DNA from: a virus
IMG/VR virus record: IMGVR_UViG_3300028840_003067
Location: 3,786-67,785 of that record
Direction: 5' to 3' (one strand)
Length of the DNA stretch: 64,000 bases
This document shows, one piece after another, positions 36,957 through 47,271 of the stretch (position 1 is the stretch's first letter; each line of letters opens with the position of its first letter). Below the pieces are notes generated by a model, which had not been told where the DNA came from, searched no databases, and saw nothing but the letters and a program-made list of their open reading frames with translations. The translations under genes were made by a program, and so were the position numbers.

Positions 36957-38113
36957 TACGTCACCTTTGTTTCGTCATACGAGACAGTAATCGTGTCAAC
37001 TTCCTGACTGCTCTCTGGATACGCGTTGAAGACCGCACTTCCTGCGCCTTCGGTTACGACTGAGGTTAAGTCCAGTAAATCAGCCTTCGACGCCGAGAGT
37101 TCAATCCGTCGACCTCCGGCCCCACTCTCACCTTTTGCACCGGACAGGGAAGTCACGAATGGGACTTGCAGTCCTGGGGCAAGACGACTGACATTGACCG
37201 GTACTGCAATAAACGACATGACCGGTCGTGGATTATACACTTCAAACGCATTGTTCGCTTTGCCATCGGCATCTTCCGCTTTGATCCGCATCACCCCAAG
37301 TTTCTTGCGCTTGCTGTCCCATGCGACTTTCGCTATACGGTCGGGCGGATCCGTCTTCTGAAGCTCCGTCACGAGTTCCACGCGTCCGGTGAAAAAGTTA
37401 TATTTCAGCAATGTGGTTTGTGCCGATGTTGACGGCACCCAAATATTGTCCGAGAAGAGTGCCCACATGCGTTGTGTATCTTCATATCCCGCGCTCCAAC
37501 AATACGATTCGGGAAACGGATGCCACGTCAACAACGTCGATGTGGCAGGGTAGTTGGAGTAGTCATACGTGTACATGCCGCCGCCACTCGTACAAATCGT
37601 CACGAGCTTTCGTTCGGGACAGACGGCCATCCCCGAAATACCGAGATTCAGATTACTAATTTGTGTGGCATTGACAATCGGATTGGCCACTTGCCACGTC
37701 GTCGGAATCAAATCATCACGCGTTAATTCGATAATGCCCTGCTTCCCTTCTCCTGCGGTATTGGCGTATGTGGCGTACAGTTTATTCAAACCACCACTAA
37801 ACACTTCACCGGTCCAGGCATGTGCAACGCCGAATCCGACCAACGTGCGGTGTGACTCCACCGCGCCGGTCTCAGGGTGGATCGTCCACTCTTGATACGA
37901 CCAACTCGGCCAGCCGTATTGCGACATTAGTGCGATGAATCGGTAGCGGTCGGTTGCGGGATTGTACACCCACGCGTCGATGAGGGAAATTTTTTCACTG
38001 TATGTAATTCCTCCCGTACAATACGGCGGGTACCCGTCGAGAGCGCCCCACGGCCCTGAACAGTCCGCGTATTCGAAAACATTCTGTACTCGTAATGCTA
38101 ATTCAAGTGCCAT
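36956..38113 (-). CDS. virion protein (beta-rich, C-terminal Ig-like domain)
   Basis: Ends ..VVTEGAGSAVF.. like its neighbours. Confidence 0.55.
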   Translation of the reverse strand: MALELALRVQNVFEYADCSGPWGALDGYPPYCTGGITYSEKISLIDAWVYNPATDRYRFIALMSQYGWPSWSYQEWTIHPETGAVESHRTLVGFGVAHAWTGEVFSGGLNKLYATYANTAGEGKQGIIELTRDDLIPTTWQVANPIVNATQISNLNLGISGMAVCPERKLVTICTSGGGMYTYDYSNYPATSTLLTWHPFPESYCWSAGYEDTQRMWALFSDNIWVPSTSAQTTLLKYNFFTGRVELVTELQKTDPPDRIAKVAWDSKRKKLGVMRIKAEDADGKANNAFEVYNPRPVMSFIAVPVNVSRLAPGLQVPFVTSLSGAKGESGAGGRRIELSASKADLLDLTSVVTEGAGSAVFNAYPESSQEVDTITVSYDETKVT

Positions 38114-39153
38114 TAAATCCCCGTCCATGCCTGAATGGTCGCAGAGGTTCCCACGAAGTCCGCCGCGCCTGGTCCGCAATACGTATTATGTGCCTCGCCT
38201 AAGTCGTCCGTCACACTGTACTCTGTTTCTAAATGCCCTTCGGCTGTTCCCCCTGGCTGTCCACTCGACCCAAGCGGAGCCATCCCAAGCGCCTCGTCGC
38301 CAAGGAATCCTCCACCTGGAACGGGCTGTGTGAGTCGCCAGCCGACCGGCCACCCCACGACCTTTTCGTTGTTTGAACCGGTGAGCGTCGCGGTCAACGT
38401 GTCTTCATTGTACCGTTGACGGTTCGACGACATCGCCAATGCCATCGCGTACGGTTCAACCTGGAATGAATGGATCTGTAGTCGATTCGAGACGATCCCT
38501 ACACTCCAAATATTTTTATTCACGTAGTCGACAGCCACTTGATACGCTCTCGGAATTGTCGTCTCATACAGTAATTGGCTCTTCCAAAGATCGTAAAATT
38601 GGAGGACGCCATATGTCCCATTATCTTTATCAATCAAGATACAGAGACCTTCCGGTGTAATGACGGTGATATCCGAGACGAATGGGGTGAGGGTCGCAAC
38701 CGTTTGAAACGACCCTAATGTCGTGCCGGTTACCGGATCTTTTTTCGTCACGGTCGTCGTGCCAGCCGCGGTTATCCCTTTGTATATCTCTCCTCGGAAA
38801 ATCGTCCCGTAATAGAACAATGCACTCGACGCATTAAATTGGATAAACGGTGTTTCATTCGGATTATAGATGTGGTGCATCGTATCGATATTGTAGTTAA
38901 TTGTCGGTGACCCGACACCGATATGGATGATCCGATCCCGATCCACATCATAACTGTAAAACGCGGTTCCCCATGCCCGAACACGACGAATGGCCGTCCC
39001 ATCTCGAAACACTTTATACGTTCCGTTAAACGGATTCCCGAAAAAGAGACACCCATCATCTCGTTTACTGAACATCAGGTGACCGCTTGACCACGCATCA
39101 GATCCGTGGAATGCGGTCGCTGCATTTGCTTCGTAGAGTTTATGAAGTGCCAT
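38113..39153 (-). CDS. virion protein (beta-propeller-like plus Ig-like domain)
   Basis: Aromatic beta-rich N-part; LTATLTG..VTDDLGEA.NTY (Big-1-like). Confidence 0.55.
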   Translation of the reverse strand: MALHKLYEANAATAFHGSDAWSSGHLMFSKRDDGCLFFGNPFNGTYKVFRDGTAIRRVRAWGTAFYSYDVDRDRIIHIGVGSPTINYNIDTMHHIYNPNETPFIQFNASSALFYYGTIFRGEIYKGITAAGTTTVTKKDPVTGTTLGSFQTVATLTPFVSDITVITPEGLCILIDKDNGTYGVLQFYDLWKSQLLYETTIPRAYQVAVDYVNKNIWSVGIVSNRLQIHSFQVEPYAMALAMSSNRQRYNEDTLTATLTGSNNEKVVGWPVGWRLTQPVPGGGFLGDEALGMAPLGSSGQPGGTAEGHLETEYSVTDDLGEAHNTYCGPGAADFVGTSATIQAWTGI

Positions 39154-39155
39154 AC

Positions 39156-39425
39156 TTACACAACCTGCGCTTCGTGAACTTTAATCCGATCATAATTGCC
39201 CACACCTGGATCTGCTGTGGGGGCGGTGTAGACCGCCGTTGCATACCCGTCGCTATCCGTGATGTGCTGAATATTATCGAGAGAGCCATACGGGGCACCT
39301 TCAATCATTGACGCGACACCCACCAACTCCCACCAGATACACGCGTTGGTGTTACCTTTATAGGTGATGGTCCCGCCCCCACCAATGAATTTTGCGTGTG
39401 CCGGTATCCGAATCGTTCCTGCCAT
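39156..39425 (-). CDS. small Ig-like virion protein
   Basis: ITDSDGYATAVYTAP. Confidence 0.55.
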   Translation of the reverse strand: MAGTIRIPAHAKFIGGGGTITYKGNTNACIWWELVGVASMIEGAPYGSLDNIQHITDSDGYATAVYTAPTADPGVGNYDRIKVHEAQVV

Positions 39426-39427
39426 GC

Positions 39428-42400
39428 TTACACCGATGCCGTTTGAATTTGTAAGGAGTCCGCGACCGCGTTCCCAATCGCTGTCTCAATCGCTTCCGCG
39501 CTCAAGCCGGATCCCACACTGAGACGGTCCACGCCACGCGCAATTCTCGCCAGCAGTAAGTTCGTGGGCACGAGCGCATCTTGCAGGCTCTCACCGACCA
39601 AACCAATCGGGATCTGTGTCTCTCCTCCGATCAAACCGCGAACCTGTTCACTACTCTGAATCCCGACTGTCGGATTCGCGGCATTCGCGCTTGACTTATT
39701 CCCTTGCAGGATTTGCCCCAACACAAATGACGCGATCAGTCCAAAGCCAGCCGAGAATGCCGGTCCTAATGTCGAGGCCATCTCACCCGTCACGTCGCCG
39801 GTCAATTCCTCGAACACACTCTTCACACCCTTTTGGAGCGCAGTCGTCACTTCTTGGAATGTGTTCTTGAGGGAGTCCTTGACCAGACTATCCGCAATGT
39901 CTTTGAACACACGGGTAAAGTCTGTCTTCTTCCCTTCAAACGCATCGAGAATTGAGTCGGTCAACGCGTCCAACGTGGATTGTGTGGCATTGCCCACCGC
40001 CGTTAGCGTCACGGCATAGTTGGCATTTGATAACGCCGCGGCTTGGGCCGCATTTGCACCCTCTTGAATGGACTGCAAATACCGCTGTTGCGCTTCCACA
40101 AACCGTAAATTCGCTGCTGCTGCGGGATCACCCGCTGCCGCCAGTTCTTGTAACTCAACCTGCAACGCGTTGAGTTGTCCAACCGCCGCGCCGATATCCG
40201 TATTGATCTGTAACGACACATTGTTGATCTCAGCGCGTGCCGCTTCTAAATCTGTTCGTGGTGCGGCTGCGGCGGCTCCCTGCGCTTGTTGTGCGACCCG
40301 ACTTTCAAGCTGCACGTTTGTCTGTGCCGCCCGTCCGATCTGTTGTTGAAGCTGTTGCGTAATACGTAATTCGTCTTGCTTCAGACGATTTTTCTCAGCC
40401 TGTAATGCGATAGCTGATTGCTCCTCAGCTTTGAGTTGTTTTTGGATGCCAATCTGCTGCTCAAGCCCCGCGTTCGTCTTCTGAAAATTCAGTTGCTCTT
40501 GTGCGGTCTTCGTGCCGAGAATAAGGTTCTGCTGCGCGTCGGCAAGTTCCTTCACCGCCTCGGCTTCCGCTTTCGGGTCGCTAACCTCTTTTGCCAATTC
40601 GATCTTCCGGTTCGCAACGGCGATATCCTGTTCAAGCCCCGCCACTGTCGCCTTAAACACCTTCTCCGCATCAGTCAGGATCTTCGTCGAGGCGGTAAAG
40701 TGTGGCTGCGCCTCGGCTTGAATCACTTCAGCTAACGCCGATTTGGAGACTCGCTCAAACTCTTTGAGACCTTCTTTCGCCACATCAAGCTGCCGTCGCA
40801 GATTCGAAAAGATCGAGAAGGTGGTTTCCTCTGTTACACCACTCACACCGAGTTGCAGGACGCTAAAATCACTCACCGCACCCTTCGCAAGATCCCCTAG
40901 ATTTTTCTTGATGAACGAAGTCGTCTCTTCGGAAATCGAGCGGAGCCGTTCTAACCCACCCGTCGGTCCAACCGCGAATCCTTGTTCAATGAGCGCAAAC
41001 TCTCGCCGAAGTGCGTTGAGTTGTGTGTCAATAAGCTGCGCGGATTCTTGCTGCCGACGCGTGCGTCGCGCACGTGCTAAGGCGATCTCCGCTTCCGCGA
41101 GTTGCTTGGTCAGTCTCCCTTGTTCCGCAAGTTGCTCCGGCGTTGGTGCAAAGGGGAGTCGTGGTGCCGCAAAGGTCTCCTGGTTAATCTCCGTCAGTTC
41201 TTTAATCCGAGCTTGAACACCCTTAACCGCGTCTTCCATCGACTTGATGTTCTCGTTGACTTCACCTGTGAAATCAAATTTCCCCAACTTCTCAAGATCC
41301 GTTCCAAGCGCCTCGGCTGCTTTCTGTGCCGCATGGAGCGCCGACCCTGCTTCGGATGCACCAGGAACCAGACTTTTAATAAACGCCTTGACGCTATCAA
41401 GGAATGGAAAGGAGGCTCCACGATCACCTAAGAAGTCATCAACGATCTTGACCTGTTTCTTCAACTCCTCGATGTTCCGTTTGGTAAACTCGTTGATATC
41501 CTTATTCGACGATTCAGGGAGAGACTCTAGTATCTTAATCGTACGCTCAACCTCAGCGCGGTACTCCTTCATGGCACGCTTCTGTGGGTCGATATCGAAG
41601 GTGTCTAATGCGTCGGTGAACGCCTGGATCGCGGAAGGAATGTTGCGAAGAATAATACCGATCGTTTCGACAATTCGGAACAAGGCACTCCCGACCGCCT
41701 GTAACACGGCAGCAATTTTAATGAACGGACCAATACTCTTCTCAATGCTCTCACCACTCAAAAACGCTTCAACCGTTGAGCGAAACCGGTCCAGCACATC
41801 ACCGAGCACATCGCCAATCGCGGCGGCGACCGAAGCCAGCTTCGTTTTATTCGCGTCAATGAAGGCGGTAAACCGTTGGATGCTGTGGACCAATGTCGAG
41901 AAGAATCCCTCTCCCGCAATACGTGACACCTGACGCACAATAGTTTCAAGGCCGTTCAGAGCGGCTTGATACGTCTTTTGTATCTCGTTGGTCGCGGCTT
42001 TCGCGCCGACGAGAATCCCCTCTAACGGTTTCAAACTTTGTGTCGCACGAATCTGCTGACCGACTTCTTTGATATCGACCCCGAACGCTTTCAACAACTG
42101 ACCTAACTGCGCGGTTGGCCGCAACGTGCCAGTCATTAACGAACGGATTTCTTCTTGAACCTGAATCGTGCTTTGCTGTCCCTGCGTCAACAGTAAGATG
42201 AGGTCGGTTAACTGTGCGAGTTGCGTCAATTCCGCACGACGAATGACGACGCCTCGTTGTGCGAAGGTGTTGTACGCCAACTGCAAATCAATCGATGAGG
42301 AGAAGTAACGAGCCGCTAACCGCTCCAACTCGATAAAGATCCCACGCGTGGCGCGTAAATTTTGCAGGAAGATGGACTCATAGGTCCGGCCAGCATTGAC

Positions 42401-42805
42401 GGACTGATCGGCAATGTTCGTGATCGCCGCGGCGGTCCCGATTGTGGCACGATTGAAATCGTCGATGTTCTTAACGGCAAACTTGACGGTGTCGCCAAAG
42501 ACGGAGAACGCTTTCTTCGCCGCTTCATATAAGAACAAGTAGAGAGCCGCGGATCGACCAATGATTCCTGCGGTTTTCTCAAGAGCCTTTCCCGCAATCT
42601 CCGTGGCCTTCGCGCCCTTTTCCTGCTCTTTGTTTAAGTCTCGTTGCGCCTTGGTCTGCTTCTCCGCACCCTTTTCCGCTTTCTCATTTCCGCTGGTCAG
42701 CGCACGAAAATTAGAGAGCAGCTTCTCGGCAGACTTCGCCGCGCCATCTAAGCTGTTGATGAGTTCTTTACTGACTGCCTCTAGTTCTATTCTTACGTCC
42801 GCCAT
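39428..42805 (-). CDS. tape measure protein
   Basis: 1125 aa, Ala/Gln/Leu-rich helical; follows the chaperone genes. Confidence 0.9.
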   Translation of the reverse strand: MADVRIELEAVSKELINSLDGAAKSAEKLLSNFRALTSGNEKAEKGAEKQTKAQRDLNKEQEKGAKATEIAGKALEKTAGIIGRSAALYLFLYEAAKKAFSVFGDTVKFAVKNIDDFNRATIGTAAAITNIADQSVNAGRTYESIFLQNLRATRGIFIELERLAARYFSSSIDLQLAYNTFAQRGVVIRRAELTQLAQLTDLILLLTQGQQSTIQVQEEIRSLMTGTLRPTAQLGQLLKAFGVDIKEVGQQIRATQSLKPLEGILVGAKAATNEIQKTYQAALNGLETIVRQVSRIAGEGFFSTLVHSIQRFTAFIDANKTKLASVAAAIGDVLGDVLDRFRSTVEAFLSGESIEKSIGPFIKIAAVLQAVGSALFRIVETIGIILRNIPSAIQAFTDALDTFDIDPQKRAMKEYRAEVERTIKILESLPESSNKDINEFTKRNIEELKKQVKIVDDFLGDRGASFPFLDSVKAFIKSLVPGASEAGSALHAAQKAAEALGTDLEKLGKFDFTGEVNENIKSMEDAVKGVQARIKELTEINQETFAAPRLPFAPTPEQLAEQGRLTKQLAEAEIALARARRTRRQQESAQLIDTQLNALRREFALIEQGFAVGPTGGLERLRSISEETTSFIKKNLGDLAKGAVSDFSVLQLGVSGVTEETTFSIFSNLRRQLDVAKEGLKEFERVSKSALAEVIQAEAQPHFTASTKILTDAEKVFKATVAGLEQDIAVANRKIELAKEVSDPKAEAEAVKELADAQQNLILGTKTAQEQLNFQKTNAGLEQQIGIQKQLKAEEQSAIALQAEKNRLKQDELRITQQLQQQIGRAAQTNVQLESRVAQQAQGAAAAAPRTDLEAARAEINNVSLQINTDIGAAVGQLNALQVELQELAAAGDPAAAANLRFVEAQQRYLQSIQEGANAAQAAALSNANYAVTLTAVGNATQSTLDALTDSILDAFEGKKTDFTRVFKDIADSLVKDSLKNTFQEVTTALQKGVKSVFEELTGDVTGEMASTLGPAFSAGFGLIASFVLGQILQGNKSSANAANPTVGIQSSEQVRGLIGGETQIPIGLVGESLQDALVPTNLLLARIARGVDRLSVGSGLSAEAIETAIGNAVADSLQIQTASV

Positions 42806-43555
42806 CGATCTTCTCCGTTATGACTTTTGCACCGAAGCCACCGAGCAGCGTCTCTGCGTCTGCTTGCCCTCCCTGACCTTTTGCTTGCGCCCGTTTAATC
42901 GCGTTCGTAATGCCACGCTGAAACTTCCGCAACGCTTGTGGGGTCTTCCCACTAAATCCTGCCTCAATCGCGTGTACCGCACCGACCGCGATGACGTTCG
43001 ACATCGTGATCGTCTCATACGCCCTATTGATCGACGCACATCGTGACAGTGACCGCACAACCGAAATCGGATACTCGTTCAGTAGCGTCGATAAGTCATG
43101 CCCTCTGCTTGTCAGCAGTTCGAGCGAACAATCAAACTCTACTTCGGACTCGCTGGTCCTGCCGCTCCGAGTTGAGCGGCGAGGCTTCCGAAAAAACCGT
43201 TCAGGTGCTCCATGTTCGTCTTAATGACGAGCAGTGTCAAGATCGCACCGTCTGTAAACTTCAACTCTTCAAGCTGCTTCTCAGTGATCCCACACGAGAC
43301 CGATAAGATCGCCGGAGAATGTTCGAGGAATGGCTGCAACGCATCCATCAAACTCGTCGAGACGCTCAGCATCCCTTTGGTGTCGGTCTGTTGAAGGGTC
43401 TCTGAAAATGCGTCCCACGAAATGTTCGACGCTGCATACTGTTTGGCAATGGCCGTGATCACGCCGGTCAGCTTCGAGAACTGAACGATGTTCCACTCCT
43501 TCACCTTGTACCCTGCGTACTCGGTGATTGACATAAGGGACAATAACCCGTCCAT
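42768..43555 (-). CDS. tail assembly chaperones G (43139-43555) and GT via -1 frameshift
   Basis: GGT TTT TTC slippery run at 43198-43190; the -1 frame is open to the stop at 42768. Confidence 0.8.
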
Positions 43556-43592
43556 GATGGGGAACTCCTTTTGTGGTGAGAATGAGGGAAAC

Positions 43593-43617
43593 GTGCCCCC
43601 TGATATACAGGGGGCAC
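43593..43617 (-). terminator. hairpin/terminator after the tail tube gene
   Basis: GTGCCCCCTG / CAGGGGGCAC perfect 10-bp stem. Confidence 0.7.
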
Positions 43618-43633
43618 TTTAGAACGTTCCTAC

Positions 43634-44797
43634 TTAGGCTGACGCGTCGTACAGGAGGATACGACCGTATGGGTAGGTCGGCGTATTCTCTGTATCGTCC
43701 AGCACCGTCAACTGCAACGGAATCTGCATGAACTCTTGATCGTTCAAGCTCAGATCACCATTGCTGGAAATCTGGCACTTCGGAAACTCCAAGTCGAAGG
43801 ATAGCCCACGACCACTCTGAGGATGCACTTCGAGTCGGGCTGATCCTTCCGCAGCACCGCTCTGCACCAGGTTGCTAATGAGCGCGGTGTAGGTGGTGTA
43901 GGTGTAGGAGACCTTGATCTTCTCACCATCAACCAACGACCCACCGGAGACCGCTCGAACGCGACCATCCTGTGTTGCGCTTCCGTAGTCCACCACGTAA
44001 TCCGTGTTCTCCACCAACGCTTGACGACCAATGCTGAGCAAGGTCGCGGCAGTCGGAGAAGCCGCAGTCTGTGTGAAGCGGATCCAGTAGGCCGTCACAC
44101 TGTTGACCGCATTCTGTGCCCAATCACCAGGAACCGTGAACGTCAAGGTCGCATCGACCGTGAAGTCATCAGTGCCCGTCATGGACAAGGTTGACCACGT
44201 TGAGCCGTTCCAATATTCCCAGAGCGGAGCGGTATACCCGACCGACGCGACTTGCACATCGATGTTCAATTCCTTGAACTGTGTGGTTTTGCCGATGTAC
44301 AACACATCGTTCGCGTCCGCATTGATGGCAAACGGCGTACCGGCTGCGGTATCCGCTTCTGCACTGTTGTCCGTATACACAGACACACCATCGTACAGAT
44401 AGCAGTAATCGATGTACTGCCGAGCCGAGACCGCCGAGATCGCCGGTTTTCCAACCGAGGCAAACCCGAAGCTCGTCGCCAGCGAAACCACTTGATCGAT
44501 CACGTTACTTGTTCCGGCTGCTTGCGAAGCTGCCGTATCACCCTTGAAGAACAGGATGAAGTTGTCGATGACGGGTTCGTCCAAACTGAAATCGATCGTG
44601 ATGCTCTCACTGAGCGCGATGATCTTGTCCTTCACACGGGTACCAGGGCGGTTCGTGTAGTGCTCAAGATTCTCCGTCTCCCGACCGAGGGATACGTCGA
44701 CCATGTTGCCAAGGTCGCGTTCGCCTGTTCCATCATTGAAGAACAGCTTAATCCCACCAGGTACGGTGTAGTTATCGGTATCGTGAATTTGCGGCAT
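43634..44797 (-). CDS. major tail tube protein with inserted domain
   Basis: NYTVPGG..RDLGN N-terminus, GDLSL..EFMQIPL C-terminus; precedes the chaperones. Confidence 0.8.
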   Translation of the reverse strand: MPQIHDTDNYTVPGGIKLFFNDGTGERDLGNMVDVSLGRETENLEHYTNRPGTRVKDKIIALSESITIDFSLDEPVIDNFILFFKGDTAASQAAGTSNVIDQVVSLATSFGFASVGKPAISAVSARQYIDYCYLYDGVSVYTDNSAEADTAAGTPFAINADANDVLYIGKTTQFKELNIDVQVASVGYTAPLWEYWNGSTWSTLSMTGTDDFTVDATLTFTVPGDWAQNAVNSVTAYWIRFTQTAASPTAATLLSIGRQALVENTDYVVDYGSATQDGRVRAVSGGSLVDGEKIKVSYTYTTYTALISNLVQSGAAEGSARLEVHPQSGRGLSFDLEFPKCQISSNGDLSLNDQEFMQIPLQLTVLDDTENTPTYPYGRILLYDASA

Positions 44798-44812
44798 ATC
44801 TCTCCTCCTCTG

Positions 44813-45271
44813 TTAGCTAAAAGCGTTCCCTCTATCGTGCCGATATTCAACGTCAAACGTCGAAGTCAGCACCCCTACGGAATCATTCGTAATGATCCTA
44901 TCGTACTGAATTTCCACTATATTAACAAGTCCATTTTTCGATAATCCGACATTGGTATGGTAAATCGCATGGAGCCTTGCCGCCACGATATCCATCTTAT
45001 CGTAGATATCCACGAAGCTCGTTTCGGCCTGATCTAACATCGTGGTCTTAAAGAAGATTTGGGCCAATAAGTGCATCCGGCCTACAGCCAGCCGATTCGA
45101 AATTTCACGCTCTTCAGGAGCGATTTCGACCAGGTATAAGGCCGGTAGCTCCACCGCCATCAGGTCTGTTGGGGGAGCCGTCCATGCACGTACGGTCTGG
45201 ATTTCATCGATCCCTCGAAACGTGTCAAGGAGTTTGTTCACAATCTCAGTTCGAACGGGGATGGTCGCCAT
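44813..45271 (-). CDS. tail terminator protein
   Basis: LPALYL motif, size and position. Confidence 0.65.
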   Translation of the reverse strand: MATIPVRTEIVNKLLDTFRGIDEIQTVRAWTAPPTDLMAVELPALYLVEIAPEEREISNRLAVGRMHLLAQIFFKTTMLDQAETSFVDIYDKMDIVAARLHAIYHTNVGLSKNGLVNIVEIQYDRIITNDSVGVLTSTFDVEYRHDRGNAFS

Positions 45272-45855
45272 TAGCCTGCAAACTCCTCTAAGACACGGTC
45301 AAGTAAGATGTTCCGTAAAATCTTCTTGGCCGCTGGTTTAATATCCGTCTGCACGTGCACCCGCGCCGGAACAAACACCGACTCTCGAAGTCGAAATACC
45401 GGCTGCACGCCACCCTGCAACGCCGCATAAATCACACCGGAATGCACAAACCGTCGGGGATACCCTGTCGCCGGACGAGGAGGACGGAGTTGACTATTTT
45501 CCAAAATCGGAACGGTCAACGCGGCCTTCGATCTCGGTCGAATCGTCGTCCCAGGTCGATTGTCGTGCACAATATGCGTGGACGCATACGGGACACGAAT
45601 CTCGATACCCGCTGTCACCGACCCATTAGGGGCAATCACCGCAGGTGTTGCCACCGTACGGCGTTCCATTTGCCCCGTGTTTCGTGCTAAACGAGGCCCA
45701 CCACGTGATGCCGCCCCCATATAGGTACGCTTAATAAAATCACGTACCAACGGCATCCCCTCATTCATTGCCGCACGAATACGCTTGCGTATGCCGTCGT
45801 TCAGCGTGCGGTGTGCGAGCTTTTGGAACCGTTTTGAAACTACTAATTTTGCCAT
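45271..45855 (-). CDS. neck / tail completion protein
   Basis: Very basic; RNTG.M, PYA..H, TIRP motifs. Confidence 0.65.
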   Translation of the reverse strand: MAKLVVSKRFQKLAHRTLNDGIRKRIRAAMNEGMPLVRDFIKRTYMGAASRGGPRLARNTGQMERRTVATPAVIAPNGSVTAGIEIRVPYASTHIVHDNRPGTTIRPRSKAALTVPILENSQLRPPRPATGYPRRFVHSGVIYAALQGGVQPVFRLRESVFVPARVHVQTDIKPAAKKILRNILLDRVLEEFAG

Positions 45856-45857
45856 TT

Positions 45858-46451
45858 TTAGTAGATGTTTTTAAGCCGTATCGCTCGCACCACGTCCAAC
45901 ACATCCGGCAAAAACCATCGATTCGTAATCTTCGTCAGCACACCGTCTCCCACATTGACGTTATCAAAACCAATCGTCTTGCGATTCTTAAAGAGATAGA
46001 CCACTTGCAGTGTTGCCGCCTGTTTCACCATTTCAGGAATATTCGAGTTCGCTACGTCTGCGCCGATGTATCCCCCAACATACGTGACCTTCAAGGACTC
46101 AAGGCCACCCACAAAGACCCCGTACGTGGAATAAATCGCCTCTTTCTTGTCTGATGGATCCAGCACGTACTCTGCCGCCGCGAGTGTGGTCCCGTTCGCA
46201 AAGTCATAGTCCTCCGCGTAGACGATTGACGTAATCGAGGTAATGGGTGGAGCCTTCACAAATAATCGTGACGTGCCGCCACCGTGTAGCTCAACCCTCG
46301 TCGCGGAAAACAACGGGCGATTGGCCGCGAACTCGAACTTTTGGGATACGCCGAGAATGAGCGCGTCGAGCAGCGCGTCGAACGAGCTTATCCCTGCCGT
46401 ATCTTCGAGATACTTCTTCACTTCCTCTTTCGTCGTCAGCACATTGCTCAT
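45858..46451 (-). CDS. head-tail connector (gp6-like)
   Basis: LTTKEEVKKYL..D.LL..VTYVGGY..IP..VKQA. Confidence 0.85.
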   Translation of the reverse strand: MSNVLTTKEEVKKYLEDTAGISSFDALLDALILGVSQKFEFAANRPLFSATRVELHGGGTSRLFVKAPPITSITSIVYAEDYDFANGTTLAAAEYVLDPSDKKEAIYSTYGVFVGGLESLKVTYVGGYIGADVANSNIPEMVKQAATLQVVYLFKNRKTIGFDNVNVGDGVLTKITNRWFLPDVLDVVRAIRLKNIY

Positions 46452-46522
46452 AAAGATCACACTCCTCTATCATTTCGTGAACAAACACACCAACAGGACT
46501 CAAGTGTATGCGTGCCATCGTC

Positions 46523-47062
46523 TTATGCTCGGTGATACGCTCCGTACAACGCTCGCCGATCCTCTTGCTCTTCCATCCCCATCAGGTACGGTGTGAGTCC
46601 AAGTTTCGCCCCCTCGTAAATGGCCTCAAGAATCTTTCCCAATCGTGGATCACGAATCGGGACGTTGGGATTCAAATCGTATTTCTCAAGTTCGTGCGCC
46701 GTCAATTGGATGATCACCATTGCGAGCGCCTGATAGCGAACCGGCACATCACGTTTCACAACGGGTGCCCACTGCTCAGGTACGATAGCTCCGCCCTCAA
46801 GTCGATACTCATTCACCGATTCGAGGATCCCGACCAAGGCTTTCGCGTCGTCAGGTTTAATGCCATCTTTCTGTGCCGCGGCCCATGCCGCCACGGATGC
46901 CGAGGCGATGAGACGAACAGACTGGTAATCCGGTTCGTGCTGGACTACCTGTCCATCTGGCCCCATAGTCGTAGGGACACAAGCGCCCAGAGATAGCGCA
47001 AGGCCCACCACACATGTAACAACCGCACTACTTACCCGACTTCTTAATCTTCGGTTCCGCAT
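46523..47062 (-). CDS. lipoprotein in lysis cassette (spanin candidate)
   Basis: Basic N-terminus, hydrophobic core, LGAC lipobox. Confidence 0.55.
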   Translation of the reverse strand: MRNRRLRSRVSSAVVTCVVGLALSLGACVPTTMGPDGQVVQHEPDYQSVRLIASASVAAWAAAQKDGIKPDDAKALVGILESVNEYRLEGGAIVPEQWAPVVKRDVPVRYQALAMVIIQLTAHELEKYDLNPNVPIRDPRLGKILEAIYEGAKLGLTPYLMGMEEQEDRRALYGAYHRA

Positions 47063-47261
47063 TGACTTGTCCTTCCGCTAGAGTTTGTGCCGCCTTCTCG
47101 ATCTTCCCGCCAATACCCCACAGCCCAAAACCATTCCCGACGAGCATCGCTCCCGTTGCCGGATCGACTACGCCGAAGGCCATGCCAGCCACGCCGCCAC
47201 CGACCAAGATCAACCCACCGATAAAGGTTTTGAATCCGTTGAAAAAATTTAATAGGTCCAT
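47028..47261 (-). CDS. holin candidate
   Basis: GFKTFI.. two TM segments, basic tail, next to the endolysin. Confidence 0.6.
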   Translation of the reverse strand: MDLLNFFNGFKTFIGGLILVGGGVAGMAFGVVDPATGAMLVGNGFGLWGIGGKIEKAAQTLAEGQVNAEPKIKKSGK

Positions 47262-47271
47262 TCGTTCCTCC

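Noticed and set aside
38097-38112. Minus-strand TGGCAC...TAGC as a sigma-54 site
   Set aside because: GG-to-GC spacing is off by one and it overlaps a start codon.
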